From: a virus
Length of the DNA: 64,000 nucleotides
Direction: 5' to 3' (one strand)
Virus record (IMG/VR): IMGVR_UViG_3300037493_003528
Span: 1 to 64,000 of that record
Of this stretch, positions 27,584 to 41,910 are shown piece after piece. Positions within the stretch are counted from its first letter, which is position 1; each line of letters begins with the position of its first letter. The translations under genes and the position numbers were made by a program. The notes under the pieces were generated by a model, which was not told the DNA's origin, searched no databases, and saw nothing but the letters and a program-made list of their open reading frames with translations.

Positions 27584-30500
27584 ATGTCTATATTAACTGA
27601 GACCAAAAATCTAGATCAGATAACTTTTGCCAGTGGTGCACAAGCTGATTACGATGGCAATACTACAACAGATTGGACAGATAGTGACACAGGGACTGGT
27701 GTAAGTACGACAGGTATATTCTTTGACAGCAAATCTTGTTTCAAGTTCGACTCAGGAGCAGCTGGAGCAGGAAATGTTGCCATCAGAACAAGGGATGTAG
27801 GAACTTTTGTGGATCCGGAGTGGCTGACCATAAAGTGCTATTTCGATACACTTGGTACTCTGGCTGCAAATGATTATTTTGAAGCAAGGCTCGACGACAG
27901 TGCGTATAGATTATGGATACGATTTGCTTCAGACGGTTTATTCGTGTATGATGGAGCATCTTGGAATGAGGTGGGAACCAATCTGGTTGTACAGGATGTA
28001 TGGCAGGAATGGACTTTCAAATGGTCTGTTATACTAGCTGGTGTTGTTGACGTATATCTTAATGGAGTTCTACAGGCTGCATCCGTTGATTGTTCCTACG
28101 CAATAGCTGGTACAGACGGTACTGCTACTTTCTCACAGCTTGGTACATCGGTGCAGGGTGTTACCTATTTGGATTACATTAAGATAGGACAGGCTCAGCG
28201 CATCAGTGGTGAAGTGTGGGAAATGAATGAGGGTGGTCAATTAACAATACGTACAGATACAAGATGGCATGCAAATTCAGTTGCATCAATGCTTGGAACT
28301 GTCGGTAATCTTACAGTCACAGAGGGAAAACTTGTTTTTGATGGAACAAAGGTTAGATGGATTCCCATAGATACAGGTTCTGGTACATCAGCCATTGGTA
28401 CGACAATAACTCAGGGTGCTGTAACAGGAATATTTTTAGGTTATTGGTCATCCCTAACGGCTGTTCCGTCTGCTACAATTGGAGATTCAGGATTTCTAAA
28501 ATTGTTGGAAGTGACAGGTGGTCCATTTACGACAGGTGCTCTGACCTTCGGTGCTGGGACTGGTACAGCAAATGCCACAGGACCTGATGTTACGGGTTGG
28601 ATAGAGATCGTTGCCGATTCTGCTGCTACGATTACCGTACCGAGACTTGGGGAACATGAGATCCGTGGTGATTGGTTTTATCTCGCAGACACAGATGGCA
28701 CTACTGCTCAGCAGATACAGATACCTACCAATGGCGGTGGAGCCACGACATACTGTCCAGGTGTTTGGGTGGAGACAGTGGAGTCATCAGGTACTTATGA
28801 ATATTGGCCATCGTTAGCTGTAGCTGCTGATGGGTGGTCACGAACTCATCTAGGTGGTGCGCTTGGAGAAAACGACCGTAGACGTAATTTTGTGAAAGAT
28901 GCAGGTAGTGGACTTATCCAATTTGGTGAGGTCTCGGATTTAGCAGCAGCTTATGCGAACGTAGCTGCTCAGGCTTCTGCATATGTTCAAGTAGCTCATA
29001 CTTGTACGTATGCTGTATCAGGAAATATTTGTACCATAACTTATCCAACAGGACATCTTCTGAAGACAGGTGCAGTGGTTGGTGTCAATTTTACAGATGG
29101 TGGTGCTTCAGCATTAGATGGGACTTTCACGATTACTGTCCTGGATGTATACAAGTATACCTTCGCACTAACAACTGGCGATACGAGTGGGAACGCTACC
29201 GTATATCCTGGACTAACGATAACCTTTACTGCTCATGCTCTTGGCATTGGCGATACGGTATACTGCGACTTTACGACTGGTGGTGGAGTTGATGGCGATT
29301 ATACAATTTATGCTTCAGGTGCTAGTGGTACTGCTGCGAATACATATATTGTGGCGTATCCAAACGCAACAGCTGTCGCAAACGGAAATGTTAGCGTATA
29401 CTCCAGATACGTCATAACCTTTAACGGTCATGGTCTTGCCATTGGTAACAGGGTATATCTTAACTTCACAACTGGTGCAGGTGTTGATGGAATTTATACA
29501 ATCGTAGCTGTTCCAGACGCTAATACATTTCACATTGTAGCTAACAATGATGCATCTGCTGACTCCGGTAACGTAACGATACAGCAGATTATTGGCAATA
29601 TCCCTCCGGATAATTGTCACGTTAGGATACCCAATGTATTTTTGCGGGAAGCTGCTACTGCATCAAGAGCATCAAATTTGGTCAATGGAACTATCGGAAG
29701 TCGTCCAGAATGGGCAACTGGCTCTGCTGGAGCTATCGATTTTGAGTTCGCATATTCAACATGGTATATGAACTTCTCTCAGTCATATTCTATGAAGCTG
29801 AACGATTGTTCAACTTACAATACAATAATCATATCCGAGTGCGCTACAGCTTTGGATCTTGATAATGTTGGCGTGTCAAATATTAGCTCGTTGGCTCTTG
29901 CTCCGTTGGCACTGACTTCCGACTTTGCCGGAGGTACGATCCAGAATTGCAATTTCCAAAGGGGTGGAGCACCAGCTTCTAACGGTCATGCCATTGCAAT
30001 GAGTTATTGCATAGGTCAGACGATTTCTAACTGCCTAACTGGTGTCGTGCAATTTGTTAGATCCTCTGGATATGGCATTGGTCTGTCATATTGTTCTACC
30101 ATTACCATCAATAATTGCAGAGGTATAAATTGCAGCGTCAGTGTCGCAGCAAGCAATACAATCGCAGTAAACGACTGGGATCATGTAGATAGGTATGTTG
30201 GATACACTAATCTAACAACTCCGATATACGTTGTGAATGTTGGTGCAGCTTCTGTTAATATTCTTGTTGATGGTATAACATTTGGATTTAATGGCGTCAT
30301 TCCTAACGTACATCCTTACTCAGGATTGTTCACGTCAGCTAACGGAACGAACATAACTTTCAGAAATGCAGGTACTTTTGACAATCCTTTACCATGTGGA
30401 TCATGGAGACAAAGTCTGTACGCGATGGGTGTATGCTTTGGGTCAGGCGGTAATAATTACAATCTTAGGACGCAGAGATTGTACATAGACGACAATATGC

Positions 30501-32095
30501 GTACATCCCCATTTGCAACCATTAACTCAGACAAGAACGTAGCGCATGAATCTGTACTAGGTGGTAGGCTTGCAATGTATCCTACCGCAAATTGTCTTCT
30601 ACTGGATGCAGGACTTAACTCCGTTATGAAAGGTTGCAAGACTGGCGAGAGTTCTGTTACTGGTCAAGGTTCCGTTTATGGTACGCATTTCTTTGACCTA
30701 TTCTCGGGTGACCTATCCGGGAGATATGTGCTGACATTCAACGAGCCGACAACGGAAACATCATCATACTTCACAATGGTATCAGGAACTCGGAAGTTCA
30801 ATTCTGCTGGTGGTATCCTGATGGGTGTTGTTGGTGATCAGGCTGTGTGGGAAGATGCTTACTACAGAAAGGGTCATACTGGTTTTCAGAATGTAACACC
30901 TGTTATGTCAGGTGGAACTATTGGGAATTATACGCTGGAATATGATATTGATGTTAATGACGGTACTGGTTGGAACAATTCATGGACAACTTTATCCGGA
31001 GCTAACTTATCTGCCGAGACCATAGATCCAGCACTTGGCTTCAAATTGAAGATACAGATTACAACGACAACGGGTAACATCACAGCCATTACATATCTAA
31101 GAATATATACTACATCTACGCTTACATCGCAGGAAAATTACACGTACGATTTGGATCAGTATACTCTAACTCTTACTGGTCTACAGACCGGAACAAAAGT
31201 TGCATTTCTGAGTGCCGGTACAGAGACGTTATTGACCAATGTAGTTACATCCGCTGGGGGTGTAGCATCGTATACTTATCCGGACACCTTAGTTGGAAGT
31301 GACATTGATATAGCAATACTGTCTGCCGGATACCTGTATCAGAAGGTACTTACATATGAGCTACTTGCTACTGACTCTTCAATTCCTATAGCACAGAACG
31401 TAGACTATGGGTATGATGCGCTTGTCTCAGCCACTGTGACATTCAATGGGACTACAAAAAGGATAGTATGCGATGCATCCACGACTAGCATTGATGTCGT
31501 AGGTGTCTACACTGAATGGGTAGACTGGGCACTTACGAGCAATAACCTGCGATACAATAATGCCTTCAATGAGCTTGGCGGTAATACCATTGACTCGGGT
31601 GCAGGTACGAGCGTTCCCGTCTATGGTTTCTTGGTTAATAGCTGGAGAATTGCTCCCGACGAAGCCGACCACACCCTAGCAGTTACCGGAGGCATTATCC
31701 TGGTAGATGGTGGTGGAGATCCATTTGTGGATACAACTGGTGCATACACAGTCAGGATAAACTATCAGCAACCAGTTCAGGCGATTACAGTTTCTACTGG
31801 TGGTGGCGGTGGAGCTACTCCAGCTGATATCTGGTCATACACCACTCGCAAGTTGACGAGTGGTGGAAACACGGACGTTGCATCAGCAGTTGCATCAAAG
31901 ATTGTAGAAGGCACACTTACATTAGAGCAGATACTGAGAATTTTGGTTGCTGTTGCAGTTGGGAAGAGTGAGATTACAGATCTTGGTGGAGGTTCCGCTA
32001 CTGTTGTGTTCAGAGATACCAATGATGCAAAAGATAGAGTTACTGCTGACATGCTAAACAGCGAAAGAGTTACTGTTACTGTTGATACTACATAG
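27584..32095 (+). CDS. large virion fibre/adhesin: LamG-like N-domain, three HxLxxG beta-repeats, beta-helix region
   Basis: 1503 aa, Thr/Gly-rich; VDVYLNG...YLDYI; repeats GHLLKTG/AHALGIG/GHGLAIG; Asn/Cys-ladder region. Confidence 0.7.
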   Translation: MSILTETKNLDQITFASGAQADYDGNTTTDWTDSDTGTGVSTTGIFFDSKSCFKFDSGAAGAGNVAIRTRDVGTFVDPEWLTIKCYFDTLGTLAANDYFEARLDDSAYRLWIRFASDGLFVYDGASWNEVGTNLVVQDVWQEWTFKWSVILAGVVDVYLNGVLQAASVDCSYAIAGTDGTATFSQLGTSVQGVTYLDYIKIGQAQRISGEVWEMNEGGQLTIRTDTRWHANSVASMLGTVGNLTVTEGKLVFDGTKVRWIPIDTGSGTSAIGTTITQGAVTGIFLGYWSSLTAVPSATIGDSGFLKLLEVTGGPFTTGALTFGAGTGTANATGPDVTGWIEIVADSAATITVPRLGEHEIRGDWFYLADTDGTTAQQIQIPTNGGGATTYCPGVWVETVESSGTYEYWPSLAVAADGWSRTHLGGALGENDRRRNFVKDAGSGLIQFGEVSDLAAAYANVAAQASAYVQVAHTCTYAVSGNICTITYPTGHLLKTGAVVGVNFTDGGASALDGTFTITVLDVYKYTFALTTGDTSGNATVYPGLTITFTAHALGIGDTVYCDFTTGGGVDGDYTIYASGASGTAANTYIVAYPNATAVANGNVSVYSRYVITFNGHGLAIGNRVYLNFTTGAGVDGIYTIVAVPDANTFHIVANNDASADSGNVTIQQIIGNIPPDNCHVRIPNVFLREAATASRASNLVNGTIGSRPEWATGSAGAIDFEFAYSTWYMNFSQSYSMKLNDCSTYNTIIISECATALDLDNVGVSNISSLALAPLALTSDFAGGTIQNCNFQRGGAPASNGHAIAMSYCIGQTISNCLTGVVQFVRSSGYGIGLSYCSTITINNCRGINCSVSVAASNTIAVNDWDHVDRYVGYTNLTTPIYVVNVGAASVNILVDGITFGFNGVIPNVHPYSGLFTSANGTNITFRNAGTFDNPLPCGSWRQSLYAMGVCFGSGGNNYNLRTQRLYIDDNMRTSPFATINSDKNVAHESVLGGRLAMYPTANCLLLDAGLNSVMKGCKTGESSVTGQGSVYGTHFFDLFSGDLSGRYVLTFNEPTTETSSYFTMVSGTRKFNSAGGILMGVVGDQAVWEDAYYRKGHTGFQNVTPVMSGGTIGNYTLEYDIDVNDGTGWNNSWTTLSGANLSAETIDPALGFKLKIQITTTTGNITAITYLRIYTTSTLTSQENYTYDLDQYTLTLTGLQTGTKVAFLSAGTETLLTNVVTSAGGVASYTYPDTLVGSDIDIAILSAGYLYQKVLTYELLATDSSIPIAQNVDYGYDALVSATVTFNGTTKRIVCDASTTSIDVVGVYTEWVDWALTSNNLRYNNAFNELGGNTIDSGAGTSVPVYGFLVNSWRIAPDEADHTLAVTGGIILVDGGGDPFVDTTGAYTVRINYQQPVQAITVSTGGGGGATPADIWSYTTRKLTSGGNTDVASAVASKIVEGTLTLEQILRILVAVAVGKSEITDLGGGSATVVFRDTNDAKDRVTADMLNSERVTVTVDTT

Positions 32096-32104
32096 GTTAT
32101 ATAA

Positions 32105-33471
<1,367 letters not shown>

Positions 33472-33475
<4 letters not shown>

Positions 33476-34362
33476 AAATTATAAATAAACTTGGTGAGGA
33501 AAAAGTTACTGGAGAGTTAGGACCAACTGGTCCTATTGGTGTAACTGGTTCATCAGGACCATCTGGAGCAACTGGTCCTACTGGAGTTACTGGCTTCACT
33601 GGAGCTGGTGTAACTGGAGCTACTGGAGCAACTGGAGTATCGGGGACACCCAATGGTCCTACTGGTCCATCAGGACCAACTGGAGCTACTGGAGCAGTAG
33701 GACCATCTGGAGCAACGTTCACAATTGTTGGTGCCATGTCTTTGTTATCATACGACGAGACTAATTCAGCAGAAAATGTTTCTGCTACTGCAGAAAGTGC
33801 TGCACTAAAAACAGTATCTCTTGCAATAAATAGTTATACATATATTATGATTGAAATTATTGTGCGTAGTAGATATGAACAGGACGTTTCTGCCAAAGTG
33901 GATTTTACATGGAGGATAAAGTATGATGGTTCGACGATAAGAACTTTTATTCATAGAGTTATAGCACTATCTACATCAGGTATTGATTCTGGTGGTAGAT
34001 ATACGAGTACTCTATCACATATTATGGAAGGTGGTCAAGGGTCTGCTAAAAATATTACTGTAACAGCTCAAAATTCTGTTAGTAATGCAAATGTTGGATC
34101 ATTGATACATTCTATAAGAGTTTATGGTATAATGGATGTTGTTACCAATGCTGGTCCTACTGGCTTAACAGGTCCTACTGGAGTTACTGGCTTAACTGGT
34201 CCTACTGGAGTTAGTGGTTTTACTGGAGCTACTGGAGTTACTGGAGCTACTGGAGCAGATGGATCTCCTGGAGGAGCTACTGGAGCTACTGGAGCTACTG
34301 GCTTAACTGGTCCTACGGGTGCTGCTGGTGCAGATACGTTACAAATGTTAGTTTTTTCTTAG
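33472..34362 (+). CDS. collagen-like protein with central globular domain
   Basis: Start at ATG 33472 ([14 protein letters not shown]); two GXT blocks. Confidence 0.8.
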
Positions 34363-34374
34363 GAGGTATATATA

Positions 34375-34727
34375 ATGGCTTTGTTTTCAAAGGTGCTACT
34401 AAGTGGGTCTACTAATGGGAAGGGAATATTGATAACTGGAACAACGTCTGGTTCTGCAACAACTATTCATACTGCTTGTAGTGGGACTGCTAATATGGAT
34501 GAAATTTGGATATATCTTGTAAATCAAGAAGCAACTGAGGAAATTTTAACTACGGTGCAATTCGGGAGCGATGCTACAGCAGATGAAATTGCTGTGAGTG
34601 TACCAGCTGCTGCAGGTTTACAATTCGTAGTTCCAGGATTGGTACTAAATAATTCCAACATAGTAAAAGCATTTGCTGCAACTGGAAGTAAGGTAGTTGC
34701 GCACGGATTTGTTAATAGGATAACTGA

Positions 34728-34731
<4 letters not shown>
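34375..34731 (+). CDS. small fibre connector protein (paralog of 35906)
   Basis: SKVLLSGSTNGKGI...DEIWIY...AGLQFVVPGLVL...GFVNRI. Confidence 0.75.
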
Positions 34732-36264
<1,533 letters not shown>

Positions 36265-36268
<4 letters not shown>

Positions 36269-37275
36269 CAGTGAATTGTATAGCTGTAAGAGGTAGAGCA
36301 TTGGGTGGAAATACGTTTCCTAATATTGTAGATAATACAATAAATAGACCATACGGATACATTCCAGGAGGATATATTAAACATGTATATTGTAAATATA
36401 CAGATGTTATAAATTTTTCGACTGGTGTAGCAGTTAGAGCAAATGTTAGTAATTTATCTACTCGTAGGATAAATCAAGCAAATTTATCTGATCTATCAGC
36501 ATATGGATACACATCAGGTGGATTAACTGGTTATCAAGGGGTGTGCTGTAACACCACAGATTTATTGACATATTCTACTGGCATGTTTTCTCTTAAAACT
36601 ACATCCGATTTACCAACTGCCAGAAAGACGGGATGTGCTACAACAGATGGAAAATTGTACGGTTATATTTGTGGTGGAGAGGATGATAATTATACAAGAA
36701 TAAAATCCATTGTTCAAGTCACATTTTCATCGCAAATAATGGCTACAAAAACATCAATGGAACTCAGTGCAGCAAGTGCTTATCTTGGTTCTACTTGGGA
36801 TTCTGGTGCGTATGGATATATTTTAGGTTGTACTATAACTGGCTGGATTAGTTGGACTAGTATGATTACGTTTTCTTCAGAAACATGTGCTGCACGTACT
36901 GCAGCAAATCTTACTACAGCTAGGTATAGTGTTGGTTGCATATCAGATGAAATTAATTTTGGTTATGCAGTGTGTGGGGTTGGTGGAAATGCAAATCATA
37001 GTAAGTTAGTAGATGTAATTGTATTTTCTTCTCAAACAACTAATGCTCTTACAAGTGCAAGTTTTTCAGTTAATAGTCATAATTTTACAGGAGTTTCTAA
37101 CGGCACTACATATGGATATATTGTTGGAGGGGTTTGTCTTGATAGTAATTCATATGCTATACCAAATAATATTACATTTAAAATGACGTTTTCTACGCAA
37201 ATTATATCAATTGATACAACATGCACATTAGAAGAATGTCATGATGAGGGTATTGGAAGTAATGGTTTAGCATGA
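36265..37275 (+). CDS. Kelch-like beta-propeller virion protein
   Basis: About 50-aa repeats with YGYxxGG...TFSS...L..AR. Confidence 0.7.
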
Positions 37276-38291
37276 CAAAAGATTATCAAGCTATAAAAAT
37301 AAGACGTGATATACCATTTTGTAGATCTGTTGGTATTGTAGATAATTACATGAGTGTAGGAACGTGTGGTTATATTGGTGGTGGTAATTATTACACTGAA
37401 TATAGTTATGCACCATACTATTTTGTGGAGATGATTACATTTTCAACATCCATTTTGTCGTATTGTTGTCCTGCTACATTGGTTACTGTTACATCATATA
37501 TTTTTAGGACTGCGACCATAACAGATTTTAGTACGTTTGGTTATTGGATAGGAGGTACTGGGGATGCTGCAACAACAGAAGTAATAACTTATTCTACAAG
37601 AGTTACTAATGCTAAAAGTACTAGTAATCTTATACATGCCAGAATTGGATTAGTTGGAATAGGTGATGGTGTATTATATGGATATGTAATAGGTTGCACA
37701 GATGTTTCTGATGCAGTAGAAAAACTTACATATTCTACTGGCACGTTTTCTGCAAAAACAGATTATAATTTGAGTGTGAAGAGAAATATGAGTGGAAGTT
37801 TATCAGATGGATCTATGTATAATAGTCCAGTTAGAGGTTATATCGCTGGTGGAATAGATACTGATACTGTTATACAAAATGTAACAGATGAAATTATATA
37901 TTCTACTGGTGTGATGTCTGCAGTTACAGCTGCAAATTTGCCTGTTGCGAAACATACTTTGGTAGGATTATCAGATGGATTTAGTTATGGATATTTTTGT
38001 GGTGGAATTTCTACAGCTTATTCGTATTCTATAGCTGAATTAGTTTTTTCTACTAGTGTAACATCAGCTGTTACAACACCTAGATTAAGTTATGCTAGAG
38101 CACGAATGTCAGCTATATCAGATGGTATTATGTGTGGATATATAGTGTGTGGAGAATATACTAATTATTATTCAGCAATGATACAGACAATTGACAAACT
38201 TACATATTCTACACACGTAATAAGTTCTGATACTTATGAAAGGGTATATAAGTCACGAGTTGGTTCTGCTGGTATATCGGAGGCATGTTAA
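37272..38291 (+). CDS. Kelch-like beta-propeller virion protein (paralog)
   Basis: Repeats SDG..YGY..GG...TYSTG. Confidence 0.7.
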   Translation: MTKDYQAIKIRRDIPFCRSVGIVDNYMSVGTCGYIGGGNYYTEYSYAPYYFVEMITFSTSILSYCCPATLVTVTSYIFRTATITDFSTFGYWIGGTGDAATTEVITYSTRVTNAKSTSNLIHARIGLVGIGDGVLYGYVIGCTDVSDAVEKLTYSTGTFSAKTDYNLSVKRNMSGSLSDGSMYNSPVRGYIAGGIDTDTVIQNVTDEIIYSTGVMSAVTAANLPVAKHTLVGLSDGFSYGYFCGGISTAYSYSIAELVFSTSVTSAVTTPRLSYARARMSAISDGIMCGYIVCGEYTNYYSAMIQTIDKLTYSTHVISSDTYERVYKSRVGSAGISEAC

Positions 38292-39410
38292 ATGGATAAA
38301 GATATTTTGGATAAAATGCTGAGTGCATTTGATGAAATTCAGATGCCTAGAACACCGTATGCACTAGAAAATTTAGTTGTTAATTGCAAATTTACAACTG
38401 AACAGCAATATGCACAATGTGTGCTAGAATTATCAATAGCATACGACAATTTACGCACTGCTAAATTGAATACTAGAATAAAAGAAATACAAATAAAAAA
38501 TCATTTGGTATTTACAGAAACACAGCGTTGTAAAAGGGATATTTTGATTGTAGAATTGGAACAGTTGAGACGTACTATATTGGGTGCTGTAAGAGAATTT
38601 GAGGTGCTGTTCAACTTGTGGAAAAGTTATCCTATTAAGTATACAAGAGAACAACTAAATGATGCACAAAAAGAAGAATTTAGGATTCGTTTGGAAACAC
38701 AAGCACAGTTTGACATGAATGCATCAGGACGTATAAGTGCGAGCAACCAGGAAGGTTTGAGGCAAATTGGTAGAATGACATACCCACAATTGGATGTTTC
38801 TAGGGAAGTGGAAAAAAGATTTTTGGCGGATGGAAAGTTGCGCTGTCTTATGGTAATACCCACCATAAAAAAAGCTGAAACTGGATTGCCATGCATTGAA
38901 AATATTGCATTTCCTAGTGGTGCTGAGGTTAAAATTTTAAATGTTTTTGATAGAGCTGTTGATGATGCATATAATTATGCAATACAGATGGCTTTGGATG
39001 AACAATGTGATTTTGTTTTGACAATTGAGGATGATACTTTTCCACCAGCAGATGCATTTGTTAGCTTGTTGAAATTAATAAGAGAAAATTCTAAGTGTGT
39101 AGTTGGAGCCTGGTATCCAAAAAAAGAAGTCAGTTTGCAAGGTGCTCACATAGAAAAGATTGATAATGTACGTGGACCTATGTCAGCGGATGGAACAATA
39201 AAAGAGGCATACACAATTGCCATGGGTTGCACACTGTATCCAATTGGAATATTCATGAAAATACCATATCCTTGGTTCAAAACAACACCAAATATGACGC
39301 AGGACAGTTTCTTCTCACAATTAGCTAGGGAAGCTGGGTATAAGTTATTAGTAGATACATCGATAAAGTGCCGTCATATTGATGCAATGACGGGAAAGGT
39401 TTATGAATGA
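38292..39410 (+). CDS. coiled-coil domain fused to GT2-like glycosyltransferase
   Basis: N-terminal QYAQCVLEL coiled coil; C-terminal LTIEDD, AMGCTL, PWF, QDSFF, VDTSIKCRH. Confidence 0.65.
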   Translation: MDKDILDKMLSAFDEIQMPRTPYALENLVVNCKFTTEQQYAQCVLELSIAYDNLRTAKLNTRIKEIQIKNHLVFTETQRCKRDILIVELEQLRRTILGAVREFEVLFNLWKSYPIKYTREQLNDAQKEEFRIRLETQAQFDMNASGRISASNQEGLRQIGRMTYPQLDVSREVEKRFLADGKLRCLMVIPTIKKAETGLPCIENIAFPSGAEVKILNVFDRAVDDAYNYAIQMALDEQCDFVLTIEDDTFPPADAFVSLLKLIRENSKCVVGAWYPKKEVSLQGAHIEKIDNVRGPMSADGTIKEAYTIAMGCTLYPIGIFMKIPYPWFKTTPNMTQDSFFSQLAREAGYKLLVDTSIKCRHIDAMTGKVYE

Positions 39411-40279
39411 TACAGGGAATTGACACCAGTAAGTATGTTGATGATTGGAGAACTCCTAAGACTGTTGATTGGGAACAGTGCAAAGTAGCAGGTTGTAGAT
39501 TTGTAATCATGAGAGCCACTCTCAGTACAGATCAGCAGGATGTAGTTTACAAGTTACATAAGGAAGCACTGAGTGGTATTTTACCTAGAGGATCGTATCA
39601 TTATTACCGTACCACATCTAGCATAAGTGATCAGGTAAGGTATTATTACAATTTTGCTGGATGTTTGGAAATTGCACCTGTTATGGATTTAGAAGATTAT
39701 TATAAGGAACTTCCTTATGGACAAGCGTTGATTAACACTACTGAAAAGTTTCTCGCTGAGTGCGATCAAGCATTTGGTCAGGAAACTATTTTGTATACCA
39801 GCTATGATATTATCAAGAATTACATGGCATTACCTGCTGGACATCCGTTGACAAAGCGCAAATTATGGATTGCAAATTACGGTGTGAAAAAGCCACACAT
39901 AGCTCCATGGACAGAATATCTTTTGTGGCAATACTCAGACACTGTGGATGATCAGGGTCGTAATGCAACTTATTACGGATTTAATGAGTGCTTTGCATTG
40001 GATATGAATAAATTCCCTGGATCTGAGGAAGATTTTGCGAAATTTACATCCGGAGCAGTTGTTGATCCAATTCCTCCAGTGATTGGTGAGTTTACATTAA
40101 AAGCACAAATGGAGATGAGGGTCAGGACAGCACCAAATTTATTAGCTCCAGTTATTGGATCAATACCTATTGGTGCAACTATTAAACCTATTGGAATTGG
40201 GGGAGTAAATGCGTGGGCAGAACTGTCTCCAGGTCGCTGGACATGTGTTCAATTAGATACAGAAGTGTTTTATAAATAG
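39407..40279 (+). CDS. endolysin, GH25 muramidase with SH3b-like domain
   Basis: GIDTSKY, VDW, GSYHYY, PVMDLED, LWIANY, LWQYS, LDMN; C-terminal MRVRTAP. Confidence 0.9.
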   Translation: MIQGIDTSKYVDDWRTPKTVDWEQCKVAGCRFVIMRATLSTDQQDVVYKLHKEALSGILPRGSYHYYRTTSSISDQVRYYYNFAGCLEIAPVMDLEDYYKELPYGQALINTTEKFLAECDQAFGQETILYTSYDIIKNYMALPAGHPLTKRKLWIANYGVKKPHIAPWTEYLLWQYSDTVDDQGRNATYYGFNECFALDMNKFPGSEEDFAKFTSGAVVDPIPPVIGEFTLKAQMEMRVRTAPNLLAPVIGSIPIGATIKPIGIGGVNAWAELSPGRWTCVQLDTEVFYK

Positions 40280-40288
40280 GAGATTATT

Positions 40289-41080
40289 ATGGGTGCAAAA
40301 GTATTATACATAGATAAAGGGGATGCGATCCCGATAATAATACAATCAGGGATTGACGGGATTGTGGCAAAGCCAGCCCCAACTACATTTGGAATGATAA
40401 GCCAGTTATGTGCTGACAATAAGATACCATGTGGAATATTTTACGAAGTCGATATGTTCTGGTATGCCGACCAGGGATTCGATCCTGGTAATTTTACAAA
40501 GTGGCCATTGCCAGACAAGGATGCACAAATTCAATATTTGGACAGGTTCATCAATGGGCACACGGTTCAATTTTGCATGTTGGATTTTTCGGTCATTAAT
40601 CGTAATGGGCAATACCTTGATCCACCCTGGATCGGTAGCGTCGGTAGGCACTTCATGGATATGGTTAGGAAGCGTTACTCGAAACTTATTAAGACCACCT
40701 ATCTTTATCAGAATCTAGACCCAGTAACTCATTATCCTGGTAATCAGGAAATAGTCAGGTTGTTATCAGAAGAAAAAGCATCACTTGCTTTTCCTGATTT
40801 CGAAACTGGTATACTTTCCGGCAAACGTCCTAAGTTACCGTACGATGCCGGTAACTGGGAATGGTGGATGTATTCCAAATCTCCGAAGATGTTTACGTAT
40901 GCTCACGATGTAGATAGTTTGCGTAGAGATATGGGACTTACTTCTTTTATAACACCACCTATTATCCCTCCTACTACGAATCCTGGTACTATTCCCTCTG
41001 GTGTAGACATGGCAACGATAAATTCAAAGCTGGACGCTATTTTAGTGGCAACAAGCCGGATTAATTCAAAGTTCACGTAA
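40289..41080 (+). CDS. divergent GH25-like TIM-barrel protein
   Basis: IPCGIFY, MLDF, WEWWMYS; adjacent to the endolysin; catalytic motifs degenerate. Confidence 0.45.
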   Translation: MGAKVLYIDKGDAIPIIIQSGIDGIVAKPAPTTFGMISQLCADNKIPCGIFYEVDMFWYADQGFDPGNFTKWPLPDKDAQIQYLDRFINGHTVQFCMLDFSVINRNGQYLDPPWIGSVGRHFMDMVRKRYSKLIKTTYLYQNLDPVTHYPGNQEIVRLLSEEKASLAFPDFETGILSGKRPKLPYDAGNWEWWMYSKSPKMFTYAHDVDSLRRDMGLTSFITPPIIPPTTNPGTIPSGVDMATINSKLDAILVATSRINSKFT

Positions 41081-41091
41081 GGAGGAGCATT

Positions 41092-41382
41092 ATGGTAGTG
41101 TTTTCAGGAGTCAATTTGTGCCTATCGATGCTGTTGTTAATGTCCTCGGTTAGGTATTACTATAAGGTCAAAAATGTTTGCAATTGGGCATGGTTGTTAT
41201 TTTTGACAATTGCCATTTCGGTAGGATGGGTAATTGTGTATGCTATAACGTTATTTACACCAGAGGCTATCCATTCCAGTTTTAATGCTGAAGTAACAAA
41301 CCCGCTATTCACATTGACATTAACGTTGATGGTAGCAAACCAATTAATAGGAGCAAAGCGTTATGCAAATAAACTTAGTTGA
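41092..41382 (+). CDS. membrane protein (3 TM), lysis module
   Basis: Hydrophobic segments. Confidence 0.55.
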   Translation: MVVFSGVNLCLSMLLLMSSVRYYYKVKNVCNWAWLLFLTIAISVGWVIVYAITLFTPEAIHSSFNAEVTNPLFTLTLTLMVANQLIGAKRYANKLS

Positions 41383-41722
41383 TATTATCTCCGGAATAGG
41401 AGTATTAATAATTTTATGGAAAGCCATGAAGCTGACTCCCAAAGAAGGGAAGGTACTGGATGCGGATGCAGTACTCAAGTATCAGGAAGCATTAACTAAT
41501 CAAATTAGCATAAGTGATGAACTGCGAAAATGCATTACACTTTTGGAAGATGAAGCTAAAGTGTGGCACGCTAAACAAGAAAAATTTGAAGATACGGTTA
41601 TGAAACTGAATCTTAAAATCGAGAATCTGCAAACCGCAGTTGATCTGCTATCTGCTCAGGTTACCTTACTTGGCGGAGAACCATTTGGAAAAAAGAAAGA
41701 AGGAAAGGAGGTGAATAAATGA
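41363..41722 (+). CDS. TM plus coiled-coil protein (holin-associated)
   Basis: N-terminal TM followed by heptads. Confidence 0.55.
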   Translation: MQINLVDIISGIGVLIILWKAMKLTPKEGKVLDADAVLKYQEALTNQISISDELRKCITLLEDEAKVWHAKQEKFEDTVMKLNLKIENLQTAVDLLSAQVTLLGGEPFGKKKEGKEVNK

Positions 41723-41910
41723 ATACAAAACTAAAGTACCTATTGACAAGTCGCAAGTTCTGGGCAGCGTTTATCGGACTGGCTTTAATGACTACAAAAA
41801 CATTTAAACCAGATTTCCCAATTGCGGAAGAGGAGTTAACCAACATTGTCTACATTCTTGTAGCATATATTGTTGGAACAAGTATTGAGACAAAAGCTAG
41901 GAGTGGATAA
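41719..41910 (+). CDS. holin
   Basis: LTSRKFWAA motif, 2 TM, 63 aa. Confidence 0.75.
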   Translation: MNTKLKYLLTSRKFWAAFIGLALMTTKTFKPDFPIAEEELTNIVYILVAYIVGTSIETKARSG

